A DNA stretch of 42,466 bases, from the NCBI GenBank assembly GCA_050733275.1, contig JBOHSP010000161.1, positions 1 through 42,466 on the forward strand, given 5' to 3'. This stretch comes from Gemmatimonadales bacterium. Its GTDB lineage: Bacteria; Gemmatimonadota; Gemmatimonadetes; Gemmatimonadales; GWC2-71-9. The notes under the pieces were generated by a model, which was given only the letters and a program-made list of their open reading frames with translations, did no database searches and had not been told where the DNA came from. Below, piece by piece: positions 15,872 to 24,708 of this stretch (the stretch's first letter is position 1; each line of letters opens with the position of its first letter). Position numbers and translations under genes: made by a program.

Positions 15872-17101
15872 ATGACGGAGCCCGCGCAACGCTCGCAACG
15901 CTACGGATTCGGAGCCCTCGCCCACCGCAACTTCCGCCTCTTTGTTTCCGGCCAAGCCGTTTCGCTCACGGGCACCTGGATGCAGTCCATCGCGCAGGGC
16001 TGGCTCGTGCTGTTGCTCACGAACTCGCCGTTCTACGTCGGGCTGGTCTCGGCGCTCGGCTCGCTCGGCGTGCTGCTGTTCACGCTCTACGCCGGCGTGA
16101 TCGCCGACCGGACGGACAAACGCCGTACCATCGTGGTCACGCAGACGCTCCAAATGCTGCAGGCGTTCGCGCTCGCGGCGCTGGTGTGGAGCGGAGATGT
16201 GACGGTCGGCGCCGTGATGGCGCTGGCTGCGTTCCTCGGCGTGGTCAGCGCGTTCGACATCCCCACCCGGCAGTCGTTCCTCGTGGAGATGGTGGGCAAG
16301 GACGATCTGATGAGCGCCATCGCGCTCAACACCTCGGTGTTCAATCTCAGCCGCGTGATCGGGCCGGTGATCGCGGGGTTCCTGATCGGCGCCGTGGGCC
16401 TGGCGGCGTGTTTTTTCCTCAACGCCGTGAGCTACCTCGCGGTGATCGCCGGCCTGCTCGCCATGCGGCTGCCGCCGTGGCGCCCCCGCGTGCACACGAC
16501 GACGGTCTGGCAGGGGTTTCGCGAGGTGGTCGTCTTTCTGCGGAGCGACCGCCGCGTCGCCGCGCTGATCGTCCTCACCGCCTTCATCAGCATCTTCGGG
16601 TTCCCGTATCTCGTGCTATTGCCGGTGTTCGCCCGCGACGTGCTGCAGGTCGGCGCCGAGGGCTATGGCCTGCTCAGCGCGGCGGTGGGCGTGGGTGCCC
16701 TGAGCGGCGCGCTCACCGTCGCCATGGCGGCGCGCCGCATCCCCAAGGGACGCACCGTGGTCATCGCCGGCGCCGTGTTCGGCATCCTGCTCGCGCTGTT
16801 CGCCGCCTCCCGCGTCTACGGCCTGGCGCTCGGGCTGCTCGCCTGCGTGGGCGCCGCGATGATCGTCAACAACGCCCTCACGAACACGCTGATCCAGACG
16901 CTCGTGCCCGACGAGCTGCGCGGGCGGGTGATGGGGTTCTACTCGTTCATGTTCGTGGGGATGGCGCCGCTGGGCGCGTTTCAGGCGGGCGTCGTCGCCG
17001 ACCGCATCGGAACGCCCACCGCGATTGCTCTTGGAGGGATCGTCAGTGCGCTCGCCGTCCTCGTCGCGGGCTGGAGGGTGCCGGAGCTGCGAAAGACCTA
17101 A
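15872..17101 (+). CDS. MFS transporter (EntS/MFS_3-like exporter)
   Basis: 409 aa from ATG 15872 ('MTEPAQRSQRYGFGALAHRNFRLFVSGQAVSLTGTWMQ...'). 'AGVIADRTDKRR' loop. About 12 hydrophobic segments. Confidence 0.85.
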   Translation: MTEPAQRSQRYGFGALAHRNFRLFVSGQAVSLTGTWMQSIAQGWLVLLLTNSPFYVGLVSALGSLGVLLFTLYAGVIADRTDKRRTIVVTQTLQMLQAFALAALVWSGDVTVGAVMALAAFLGVVSAFDIPTRQSFLVEMVGKDDLMSAIALNTSVFNLSRVIGPVIAGFLIGAVGLAACFFLNAVSYLAVIAGLLAMRLPPWRPRVHTTTVWQGFREVVVFLRSDRRVAALIVLTAFISIFGFPYLVLLPVFARDVLQVGAEGYGLLSAAVGVGALSGALTVAMAARRIPKGRTVVIAGAVFGILLALFAASRVYGLALGLLACVGAAMIVNNALTNTLIQTLVPDELRGRVMGFYSFMFVGMAPLGAFQAGVVADRIGTPTAIALGGIVSALAVLVAGWRVPELRKT

Positions 17102-17174
17102 TGCGGAATGTACGTACCCAGCTTCTCGAACGACGCCTGCAAATTTCGCATTCCGAATTCCGCATTTCGCATTA
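17099..17174. repeat. AT-rich heptamer-armed palindromic element filling the gap between the convergent MFS and cytidylate-kinase-like genes
   Basis: Right arm TTCGCAT TCCGAAT TCCGCAT TTCGCAT (17145-17172). Left arm AATGCGG AATGTAC is degenerate. The outer ends TAATGCG/CGCATTA contain both stop codons. The apex 11-mer cgacgcctgca is shared with the element at 28313-28392. Confidence 0.75.
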
Positions 17175-17822
17175 TTCCCAGCCCCGCCTCTTCACCTCCT
17201 CCACGATCACGGCCGCCGTCCCGTCAATCCCCAGGCGCTCGCTGTTCAGCACCAGATCGTACTGCGTCAGGTCCTGCCGGTCGCGGCCGTAGTAGGTCTT
17301 CACGTAGCGGTCGCGCTGCTGGTCGGTTTCGTCCAGCACCTTGTCGGCCGCGCCGGGGTCGACGCCGAGGCGCTGTACGGCGATATCCCGGCGCCACGCT
17401 GTGGATGCGACGATGTAGGCGTGCAGCGCGTTGCTGCGGGTGGCGAGCATGGCCTGGGCGCCGCGTCCCACCAGCACGGCGCGGCCCTCGCGGGCGGCCT
17501 CCGCGATCACGCGTTCGGTGATCTTGACGAGCTCCGCCTCGTCCGGCTCGAGGGGCGCGGCGGGCGCGGCCGCACCGGCCGTGGTGATGAACATCTCGGG
17601 CGAGGCGACCGCGAGGGTGCGCGCCAGCCGTTCCAGCAGGCCGGGCGCGCGCTCCTCGCGCCGCGCCACTTCCTCGGCCGGCAGCCCGGCGAGGTGCGCC
17701 ACCTGGTCCACGAATTCGTTGTCGATCAGGACCCATCCCAGTCGTTCGGCGGCCAGGCGGGCGACCGCGGAGCCGCCCGATGCGTACTGGCGCGTGATCG
17801 TGACGAGCGGCGGCGCCGTCAC
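17172..17822 (-). CDS. Cytidylate-kinase-like family protein (Cytidylate_kin2-type P-loop-like protein, function unknown)
   Basis: 216 aa. 'VTITRQYASGGSAVARLAAERLGW' N-terminus is typical of the family. GTG 17822 overlaps the SPFH stop (GTGA). Confidence 0.7.
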   Translation of the reverse strand: MTAPPLVTITRQYASGGSAVARLAAERLGWVLIDNEFVDQVAHLAGLPAEEVARREERAPGLLERLARTLAVASPEMFITTAGAAAPAAPLEPDEAELVKITERVIAEAAREGRAVLVGRGAQAMLATRSNALHAYIVASTAWRRDIAVQRLGVDPGAADKVLDETDQQRDRYVKTYYGRDRQDLTQYDLVLNSERLGIDGTAAVIVEEVKRRGWE

Positions 17823-18733
17823 TGGGTCCGCAGGTTCTGCCGCAATTCCCCCAGGTTCAGGATCGGCAGCCCGCCCTCGGTGGGCACCATGATCACGAGA
17901 TTGCTCGAGCTGCGCATGTCGTGCAGCACCTCGAGGTACTGCTTGGTGAGCGCTTCGGGCGTCAGCGTTTGATTGAGGAGGCGCTGCTGCTCGGCCTGGA
18001 GGCGCGCGACCTCCACGCGGTGCCGCTCGGTCTCGATCTGCTGCTCCTGGGCGATCTTGTTGTTGATCGCCTGCACCACCTGCGCCGGCGGCTGGAGATC
18101 GCGCAGGAAGAACGCCGTCACGGTGGCGATGCGGAACGGCTCGCCGCCAGCGCGCGGCTGCGTGACCAGCGCCGAATCCACCTCGTTCTCCATAACCGCG
18201 GCGATGCGGTTGCGTTGCGCGATGTCGTTGATCGAGAACTGCACCATCCCGTCGCGCACGCCGTTGCGGATGGCGTTGCGCACGGCGCTGTGGATCTGCC
18301 GCTCGTTGCCGATCTCCTTGAAGATCGCGGGGGCGCGCTGCGGGTCGATCTGCCAGCGCAGCGCCACGTCCACCTTCATCCCCATCTGCTCGCGCGATAA
18401 CGCGTCGATGACCTCGGCACGGTCCACCTCGGGGAACTGCTCTTCGCGGACCGAAAAGCGCTCCACCGAGGACCACGGGGTCACGAAGCGGATACCTGAC
18501 AGCAGCGGGTCCGGATCGACGTTGCCGAAGGCGTGGCGCACGCCGACGCTGCCGGGCCCGATCACGGTGATGGTCGAGGCGACCATGGCGGCGATGCCGC
18601 CGAGGAGGGCGGCCAGCGAGAGCAGCCGCATGGTCCGCCCGACCGGAGCGGACTCGGGGCGGACGGCGCCCGCACCGACCCGCAGGAAGAATCCGACGAC
18701 CAGCAGCACGAGACCAAAGACGAGTTGGCTCAT
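17819..18733 (-). CDS. SPFH/Band-7 (prohibitin-like) membrane protein
   Basis: 304 aa from ATG 18733. N-terminal TM segments, an SPFH core, and a coiled 'QEQQIETERHRVEVARLQAEQQRLL' tail. Confidence 0.85.
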   Translation of the reverse strand: MSQLVFGLVLLVVGFFLRVGAGAVRPESAPVGRTMRLLSLAALLGGIAAMVASTITVIGPGSVGVRHAFGNVDPDPLLSGIRFVTPWSSVERFSVREEQFPEVDRAEVIDALSREQMGMKVDVALRWQIDPQRAPAIFKEIGNERQIHSAVRNAIRNGVRDGMVQFSINDIAQRNRIAAVMENEVDSALVTQPRAGGEPFRIATVTAFFLRDLQPPAQVVQAINNKIAQEQQIETERHRVEVARLQAEQQRLLNQTLTPEALTKQYLEVLHDMRSSSNLVIMVPTEGGLPILNLGELRQNLRTQ

Positions 18734-18765
18734 GATCCGCTCTCCCGGTGAAGGACGCGTGCGCT

Positions 18766-20265
18766 CTACGTGAAGAGGTTCGGCCCTCCCGGCCCGGGTC
18801 CCCCGGGCCCGCCCGGTTTGCCGAACGGCGGGATCTTGGGCTCGGCGCGGGCCCGCACATAGCCCAGCTCTTCGCTGCGCGCGATGCGCTTGCCGGCGAC
18901 CAGCCCCTCGAGCACCAGCTCGCAGGCGGCCACCATCGTAGCGGGGTCCTTCTTGCGGGCGAGACCGAGCTGCTCCACCAGGTCGAGCAGGCCGGGAACG
19001 ACGCTGAAGCCCTTGAGCAGGGGCTCGGAGCGGTCGTCGGGCGTGATCTTGAGCGCGCCGCCCTCGTCGAACCAGTGCACGATGTCGTCCACGTTGGCGC
19101 CGCCCACGCGCGCCTCGAACGTGCGCCCGGCGGCGCGGCGGATCAGGTCCTTGGCGATCGTCTCGGCGCCCTGCAGCTCGCCCTCGTACTCGAGCTCGAG
19201 CTTGCCCGTGATCGCGGGGAGCGCGGCGTACACGTCCGATACCCGGGGCACCACGGCCCGCTCCTTGCGCGCGATCGCGCGCCGCTCGGCATTGGAGATC
19301 ACGTTGTCCATCACGCTGATCGGCAGACGCTGCGACACGCCGCTGCGGCGGTCCACGCGCTTGTCGTCGCGCGCCTCGAACGCGATGCGCTCGATCAGCT
19401 CGGTCATGAAATCGGGGACGCGCACGGGCCGGTTGCCGTTGGCGCGCTCGATCCACGCCTCCTGCTGCGTGATCGTCGCCCCCAGCTCCACCGTGAGCGG
19501 GTAATGCGTCACGATCTCCGAGCCGATGCGGTCCTTCAGCGGCGTGATGATCTTGCCGCGGGCGGTGTAGTCCTCGGGGTTGGCGGTGAACACCAGGGCG
19601 ACGTCGAGGTTCAGGCGCACCGGATAACCTTTGATCTGCACGTCGCCTTCCTGCATGATGTTGAACAGGCCCACCTGGATCTTGCCGGCGAGGTCGGGCA
19701 GCTCGTTGATCGCGAAGATGCCGCGGTTGGCGCGCGGCAGCAGGCCGAAGTGCATCGTCAGCTCGTCCGACAGCAGATGGCCGCCGCGGGCCGCCTTGAT
19801 CGGGTCGACGTCGCCGATGATGTCGGCGATCGTGACGTCGGGCGTGGCCAGCTTCTCGACGAAGCGCATCTCCCGAGGCAGCCACGCGATCGGCGCGGCG
19901 TCGCCGCGCTCGGCGATCAGCTCCCGGCCGTACTTGGAGGTCGGCCGGAACGGGTCGTCGTTCACTTCGCTGCCCGCGAGGATGGGAATCTCCTCGTCCA
20001 GCAGCGTCACGAGCTGGCGCAGGATGCGGCTCTTCGCCTGGCCGCGCAGGCCGAGCAGGATGAAGTTGTGCCGCGACAGCACGGCGTTCACGAGCTGCGG
20101 GATGACCGTGTCCTCGTAACCCACGATCCCCGGAAACAGCGCCGCGCCGTTTTCCAGCAGACAGATGAGGTTGTCCCGCATCTCGTCCTTCACGGACCGC
20201 TGACGGCGGGCGGGACTGGCCCACTCCGTCTTCTTCAGTTCGCCGAGAGTGGATGGCTGCGTCAT
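18766..20265 (-). CDS. ChlI/BchI-like AAA+ ATPase (often annotated magnesium chelatase / sigma-54-interaction-domain protein)
   Basis: 499 aa. Walker A-like '[10 protein letters not shown]', Walker B '[11 protein letters not shown]', '[24 protein letters not shown]'. Gly/Pro-rich tail. Confidence 0.8.
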   Translation of the reverse strand: MTQPSTLGELKKTEWASPARRQRSVKDEMRDNLICLLENGAALFPGIVGYEDTVIPQLVNAVLSRHNFILLGLRGQAKSRILRQLVTLLDEEIPILAGSEVNDDPFRPTSKYGRELIAERGDAAPIAWLPREMRFVEKLATPDVTIADIIGDVDPIKAARGGHLLSDELTMHFGLLPRANRGIFAINELPDLAGKIQVGLFNIMQEGDVQIKGYPVRLNLDVALVFTANPEDYTARGKIITPLKDRIGSEIVTHYPLTVELGATITQQEAWIERANGNRPVRVPDFMTELIERIAFEARDDKRVDRRSGVSQRLPISVMDNVISNAERRAIARKERAVVPRVSDVYAALPAITGKLELEYEGELQGAETIAKDLIRRAAGRTFEARVGGANVDDIVHWFDEGGALKITPDDRSEPLLKGFSVVPGLLDLVEQLGLARKKDPATMVAACELVLEGLVAGKRIARSEELGYVRARAEPKIPPFGKPGGPGGPGPGGPNLFT

Positions 20266-20403
20266 GGTTCGACGTTAACGCGCTGTCGCGCCCTGTAAAG
20301 AGCTTGACATGCGCTCGCCGCAGCCTCAGCCTGCGTTCCCGGTCGAGTCGCCGCCGACGACAGGTCCCTCACGATCATCATGCTGGTCGATGCCCGCTCG
20401 CCG

Positions 20404-23391
20404 CTATTCCGCGGGCGTGAACAGACGCAGTGCCGCGGCGCCCCAGGCCGCGAGCTTCACCGCCGCTTTCCCGTCTCCCGCCACGGCGATGGACTCTCCG
20501 TTCCGCTCCACCAGGTCGGTGCGTCGCGCCGCGCGGAACGTGAACGCCGCGGGCCACACGCCGACGTCCCGCGCCGCGCCCGTGACGTCGAGCAGCTTCA
20601 CGATGGCGCCCTCGCCGTCGTCCGCGGGCTTCGCGCCGATCACCATCGCGTCACGGTCGGCGAGGAAGAAGGCGCGGTCGCGGGGGAGCAGAGCGCCGCG
20701 GGCGGCATTGTCGTACGCGGCCGACACCGCGAGGGAGTCGCAGGCCGCCCAGCCGCGCCGCGCCGGCTCCGCTGCGTCCCCCGGCGCGAGCAGCGACAGC
20801 CGGAACCGCATCCCGACGGGCTCGCCACCGCCCTGAGCCGCCGCGAACTGCCGGTACCAGTAGTTGTGCATGGCGTAGGCGAACAGGGTCCCGTCGGGCG
20901 CGATCGTGCGGCGCCACTGCCCCCGCACGAGATCGTTCAACGTGAGCAGCGGCGTGTCCGGGCCGCTCCACAGCACGCCGTCCGCCCCCTCGCGCAGCCA
21001 CACCCAGTGGGTGTGGCAATACCAGTCCCGGCAGCTTCCCGGCTGCTGATCCCGCTCCACGGTCATGCGGCCCAGCGGCACCTCGACCTCGACGGTCGGC
21101 TGCGCAAAGGCGAACGGGAACGCGACGTACAGGGCTTCCTTCCGCTCGGTCGCATTCTTGACGACCCGGTTCTCGAGATCCACCCACGGCAGCTCGTCGT
21201 ACAGCGTCACCGTCGACTCGAGACGGGAAAAGCCGCGTCCCTCGAGCGCGCGCTCCAACACGAGCCGCACGCCGATGCCCGGCAGGCGCTCGCGCCGCGC
21301 GCGCAGGAGGCGGGCCTGCGTCACCGCGAGCTCGGGCGGCGTCGCCAGATGCTGTGGATCGGGGGACGTCCACAAGGCGCCCTGCTCGCCGCCGCGCGCG
21401 TACACGAGCTGATTGAGCCCGCTCCACGGCGACGGCTTGACCCGCTCCTTGCCGTCGGGACCAGTGAGGGACTGAATGGCTCCGGTCGCGGGATCGAGCT
21501 TGACCGTGAGCCCCCCCGCCGCCGCCTCCAGGGCATCGCCGTCGGCGATGGGCGGCCGGGGCTCGCGGTCACGCTCCTGCACGGCGAGGTACCCCAGCGC
21601 GGCGACGTCGCGGACCAGCACGAGCGCGTCGCCGTCCGGCAGGTCGACAGCCGGCAGCTCCCGGCCCTCCGTCAGGAGCGCTTTCCCCGCGCCTCCGGGG
21701 ACGCGGGCGACGTCGGTCCGCGGCCACGAGCCGGCATTGAAAATGAGGCGTCCCCGGCCGGCCTCTGTCGCCCGGCCGAGGCGCAGGAGGCCCTCGCCGA
21801 GCAGTGCGCGGGCCGCGGCGGCGCCGGCCTCGATGTAGCGCCGCTTGTAGGCCCACTGCGCCACCGTATCCCGCGACGCCGGCTCGGCGACGCTCGCGTC
21901 GGACCCCCAGGTGTGCTCGCCGAAGAGCAACAGGTCGCGCCACATGGCCGCGCGCTCGGCGGCACTCCGGCGGCGCGCATCAGGATCCTCGTCGGCGGAT
22001 GCGAGCCGGTCATCCCACAGGGCCACGATCTCCGCCGCCCGGGCCAGGAGCTGCGCGGACCGGAACAGCGCCAGCTCCGCCGCCGTCGAGGCGGCGCCGT
22101 CCTCGCGGTACAGGCCCGTGTCACCGCGGCGGACCGGGATGCGGGGGCCGTAGCGGCGCTCGAGCTCGCGGAACAGATCCTCCAGCCGGGCCGGCACGAT
22201 GCGGGGGAACGCGAAGCGGCGGCGATACTCCGCGAGCTGCGCGAACATTTCCTCACTCACGACCTCGTTGGGATATTCCGCGCCTCCGTGCAGCAGCACG
22301 ATGTCGGACGGCCAGTCGCGGGCGAGGAAGACGGGATGGCCCAGCAGCCAGTCGGAGAGCCGCCGGCCGATGTCGTCCGCGGTGCCGCCGGGAGCCCCGA
22401 AGCCGAAGGCGGCGGCATTGTCCCGCTCGTGCGTCCGCCAGTGCAGCACCCGGCCGCCGTCGGGGCCTTCCCAGTAGTAGAGCTGCGGGTAGCTCATCCA
22501 GTCGCCCGCGAGTCCGGCGCCGGCGCCCGCCGAGTCGGCGTCGCGGCGCGACATCAGGGGCAGCGCCCGCTCGGGGTTGACCGCGGTGAGCAGATACCTG
22601 ACGCCGCTCGCGGCGAGCAGAGTCGGAAACGTTACGGGCTGGCCGGGGACGTCGGCGACCTGCGCCGCCGCGAACGTCAGCCCCTGTGCGCGCGCGACGC
22701 GTCCCGCCGGCCACACGAGCCGGGCGTACGTTTCGTGATCGAGCAGACCGTTCAGCATGTTGGCGAACAGCGCCGCGAAGCCGACCTTGCCCCGATGGAT
22801 CGCGTCCACCAGCGCCGCGCCGGCCTCGGGGGAGCGATTCTCGAGGTAGGTGAGCACCGCGAGCGCGCATTCCGCGCTGAAGCGCTCCTCGGGGTGTGAG
22901 GCGGTCCGCGACAGGAAGGTGTCGAGGTTCTTGCGGTGGTGTTCGAGCGCCACTTCTTGCAGGTGGGTGCCCCCGACTTCGGTGTGGACGCAGGGAACCC
23001 AGTACACGGTCCAGCGACGCGGCGGCGTGAGGCGGACGCGGCGGCGGGCGACACGCTCGCGGCCCACTTCCACGTCGACGCGAAACTCCGCCGCGCCGGG
23101 GAGCGGTACCCAGACCTCGCCGGTCAGGGTGGGACCGCCGCCGAGCGGCAGCAACCCGGCGGTGCCCATGAGGGCGCCACGTCGATCGGTGATGCGGGCG
23201 CGGGCGGCGGGCGCGCGCAAGCCGGCCACGACGATCCGGACCAGATTGCGCCGCCCGTCGGGTTGCTGATACAGGGCGGTCGGCCGCACCTCGACGATGG
23301 GCTGCTGGGCGGCGTCGAGCCCACCCAAGGAACGCCACCAGGGGACGGAGGCCAACCACCCGAGGAACGACCGACGACCGGAGAGTGCCAT
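20404..23391 (-). CDS. Tat-exported glycoside hydrolase family 38-like protein
   Basis: 995 aa. Twin-arginine-like 'SGRRSFLGWLA'. The N-terminal region resembles the GH38 N-domain layout. Assignment is by resemblance only. Confidence 0.5.
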   Translation of the reverse strand: MALSGRRSFLGWLASVPWWRSLGGLDAAQQPIVEVRPTALYQQPDGRRNLVRIVVAGLRAPAARARITDRRGALMGTAGLLPLGGGPTLTGEVWVPLPGAAEFRVDVEVGRERVARRRVRLTPPRRWTVYWVPCVHTEVGGTHLQEVALEHHRKNLDTFLSRTASHPEERFSAECALAVLTYLENRSPEAGAALVDAIHRGKVGFAALFANMLNGLLDHETYARLVWPAGRVARAQGLTFAAAQVADVPGQPVTFPTLLAASGVRYLLTAVNPERALPLMSRRDADSAGAGAGLAGDWMSYPQLYYWEGPDGGRVLHWRTHERDNAAAFGFGAPGGTADDIGRRLSDWLLGHPVFLARDWPSDIVLLHGGAEYPNEVVSEEMFAQLAEYRRRFAFPRIVPARLEDLFRELERRYGPRIPVRRGDTGLYREDGAASTAAELALFRSAQLLARAAEIVALWDDRLASADEDPDARRRSAAERAAMWRDLLLFGEHTWGSDASVAEPASRDTVAQWAYKRRYIEAGAAAARALLGEGLLRLGRATEAGRGRLIFNAGSWPRTDVARVPGGAGKALLTEGRELPAVDLPDGDALVLVRDVAALGYLAVQERDREPRPPIADGDALEAAAGGLTVKLDPATGAIQSLTGPDGKERVKPSPWSGLNQLVYARGGEQGALWTSPDPQHLATPPELAVTQARLLRARRERLPGIGVRLVLERALEGRGFSRLESTVTLYDELPWVDLENRVVKNATERKEALYVAFPFAFAQPTVEVEVPLGRMTVERDQQPGSCRDWYCHTHWVWLREGADGVLWSGPDTPLLTLNDLVRGQWRRTIAPDGTLFAYAMHNYWYRQFAAAQGGGEPVGMRFRLSLLAPGDAAEPARRGWAACDSLAVSAAYDNAARGALLPRDRAFFLADRDAMVIGAKPADDGEGAIVKLLDVTGAARDVGVWPAAFTFRAARRTDLVERNGESIAVAGDGKAAVKLAAWGAAALRLFTPAE

Positions 23392-23486
23392 AATCCCTGA
23401 AACTTATCGAGGCTTGACTGCGCAGGGATGCCGAATAGCGTTTAGCCACCGTTCGGGCCCCTCGTCACCCTCACACAGGAGTGGCT

Positions 23487-23654
23487 ATGAAGCGTATTGC
23501 ATTGGCCCTGGCGATCGTGGCCATGGCTGCGGCGGCGTGCAACAGAGGTGAGCAGGGCGGGACCAGCGACACGATGCAGATGACGGACACGGCTGCAGAC
23601 ACAACGCGGATGAGCGACACCACGATGGTCACGCCGGATACCACCACGTCCTGA
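23487..23654 (+). CDS. Small (55 aa) lipoprotein with a Thr/Asp/Met-rich repeat tail (below the ORF-track size cut-off)
   Basis: AGGAG 5 nt upstream of ATG 23487. 'MKRIALALAIVAMAAAAC' signal plus lipobox, then 'NRGEQGGTSDTMQMTDTAADTTRMSDTTMVTPDTTTS'. A strong terminator follows. Confidence 0.5.
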   Translation: MKRIALALAIVAMAAAACNRGEQGGTSDTMQMTDTAADTTRMSDTTMVTPDTTTS

Positions 23655-23675
23655 CGGTACGGTGCACTGCAGCGC

Positions 23676-23701
23676 AAAGCCCGGGCGGCCCCCGGGCTTT
23701 T
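23676..23701. terminator. Bidirectional rho-independent terminator between the small lipoprotein gene and the epimerase gene
   Basis: Perfect 10-bp stem aaagcccggg/cccgggcttt with loop cggcc. A T-run follows on the + strand and the A-run gives a U-run on the - strand. Confidence 0.65.
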
Positions 23702-23709
23702 GATTCCTT

Positions 23710-24708
23710 TCAGTCTGGCGCGGTGAACGAGCGCGCGGTGCGCCCGATGGCGCTCGCCGCGTCGAACGGCGGTGTCCACGACAGCTCGTGGTGCGCGCGG
23801 GCGTCGACATAGGGGTTGTCTCCCACCAGAAACCAGATCGCCGACGGGGCGAGCCCCGCGTAGCGCGATCGGTCCCACAGCCGGATCCAGCCGTGCGCGA
23901 CCTCCATGGCGACGCGCGCCAGCTCGACCGGGACGGCGACGCGCCGGATGCGCACGCCCAGCGCGCCGGCGAACGCGTCGACCCATTGCCGCTGGGTGAG
24001 CGGCGGCGGCGCGTCGTGCGTCACGTTGTAGGCCCGGAACCCCGCCGAGTCACCGCGCTCGAGGGCCGCGACGATGGCCGCGGCCACGTTCCCGGCGTAC
24101 ACGCACGAGAGCTGGTTGTTGCCCGGGCCGATCTGCGGGACGACCCTGCGGCGCAGCGCCGCGATGAGGCGCGGAGTGAACAGCCGGTCGCGCTCGCCAT
24201 AGATCACGTTGGGGCGGATGGCGACGGCCGCCAGGTCGCCCCGTCCGGCCTCCGCCTGCACGAGGTCGTCGGCCATTCGCTTGGTGCGCGCGTAGTAATC
24301 CCGCGCGTCGAGCGGCTGGAACGCACAGTCCTCGGCCACGCGGTGTCCCGCGGCGGCGCCCCGTCCATACACCGCCACGGACGACACGTGCACGAGGCGC
24401 GCGCCCGACCGTCGCGCGGCCGCGATGGCGAGGCGCGTGCCGCCGACGTTCACCCGCTCGAATGCGGCGAACGTGGCCCGCGCCGCCACCAGCGCCGCCG
24501 CGTGCACGATCGCGCGCGCCCCGGCGGCGGCTTCGGTCCAGGCGCGCGCGTCGGTCACTTCCCCGACGACCGGTTCGGCGCCGAGCGCCGCGACCGGGGC
24601 GCGGGACGACGGGCGCACCAGCGCGCGTACCGCTTCCCCGCGGGCTCGCAGGGCCTCGATCACATGGCTGCCCACGAGGCCGCTGCCGCCGGTGACGAGC
24701 ACCGTCAT
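23710..24708 (-). CDS. NAD-dependent epimerase/dehydratase (extended SDR family)
   Basis: 332 aa. 'VLVTGGSGLVGSH' Rossmann motif, 'YARTK' (Y-x3-K). ATGA overlap with ygfZ. Confidence 0.85.
   Translation of the reverse strand: MTVLVTGGSGLVGSHVIEALRARGEAVRALVRPSSRAPVAALGAEPVVGEVTDARAWTEAAAGARAIVHAAALVAARATFAAFERVNVGGTRLAIAAARRSGARLVHVSSVAVYGRGAAAGHRVAEDCAFQPLDARDYYARTKRMADDLVQAEAGRGDLAAVAIRPNVIYGERDRLFTPRLIAALRRRVVPQIGPGNNQLSCVYAGNVAAAIVAALERGDSAGFRAYNVTHDAPPPLTQRQWVDAFAGALGVRIRRVAVPVELARVAMEVAHGWIRLWDRSRYAGLAPSAIWFLVGDNPYVDARAHHELSWTPPFDAASAIGRTARSFTAPD

Noticed and set aside
13676-18733. Block between the VWA gene and the ATPase gene as a genomic island or mobile insertion
   Set aside because: No integrase, transposase, tRNA or flanking direct repeats are present. 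Composition by eye matches the surroundings and the contents are ordinary housekeeping-type genes.
17172-20224. Long 562-aa and 801-aa - strand ORFs spanning the Cmk-like, SPFH and ATPase region
   Set aside because: These are frame extensions upstream of the true starts (GTG 17822 and ATG 18733). The extensions overlap the better-supported SPFH and ATPase frames and are low-complexity Arg/Pro/Ala sequence.
20380-22899. 839-aa + strand ORF, together with similar long antisense ORFs at 9973-11373 (-), 15526-17292 (+), 25297-27693 (+), 37263-39542 (-) and 39986-42016 (-)
   Set aside because: All are antisense or out of frame to genes with clear family motifs and have the compositional signature of GC-rich shadow ORFs.
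23297-23551. 84-aa + strand ORF overlapping the GH38-like start and the small lipoprotein region
   Set aside because: It has no SD and an implausible composition. The 55-aa ORF in another frame (23487-23654) has an SD, a signal peptide, a lipobox and a terminator.
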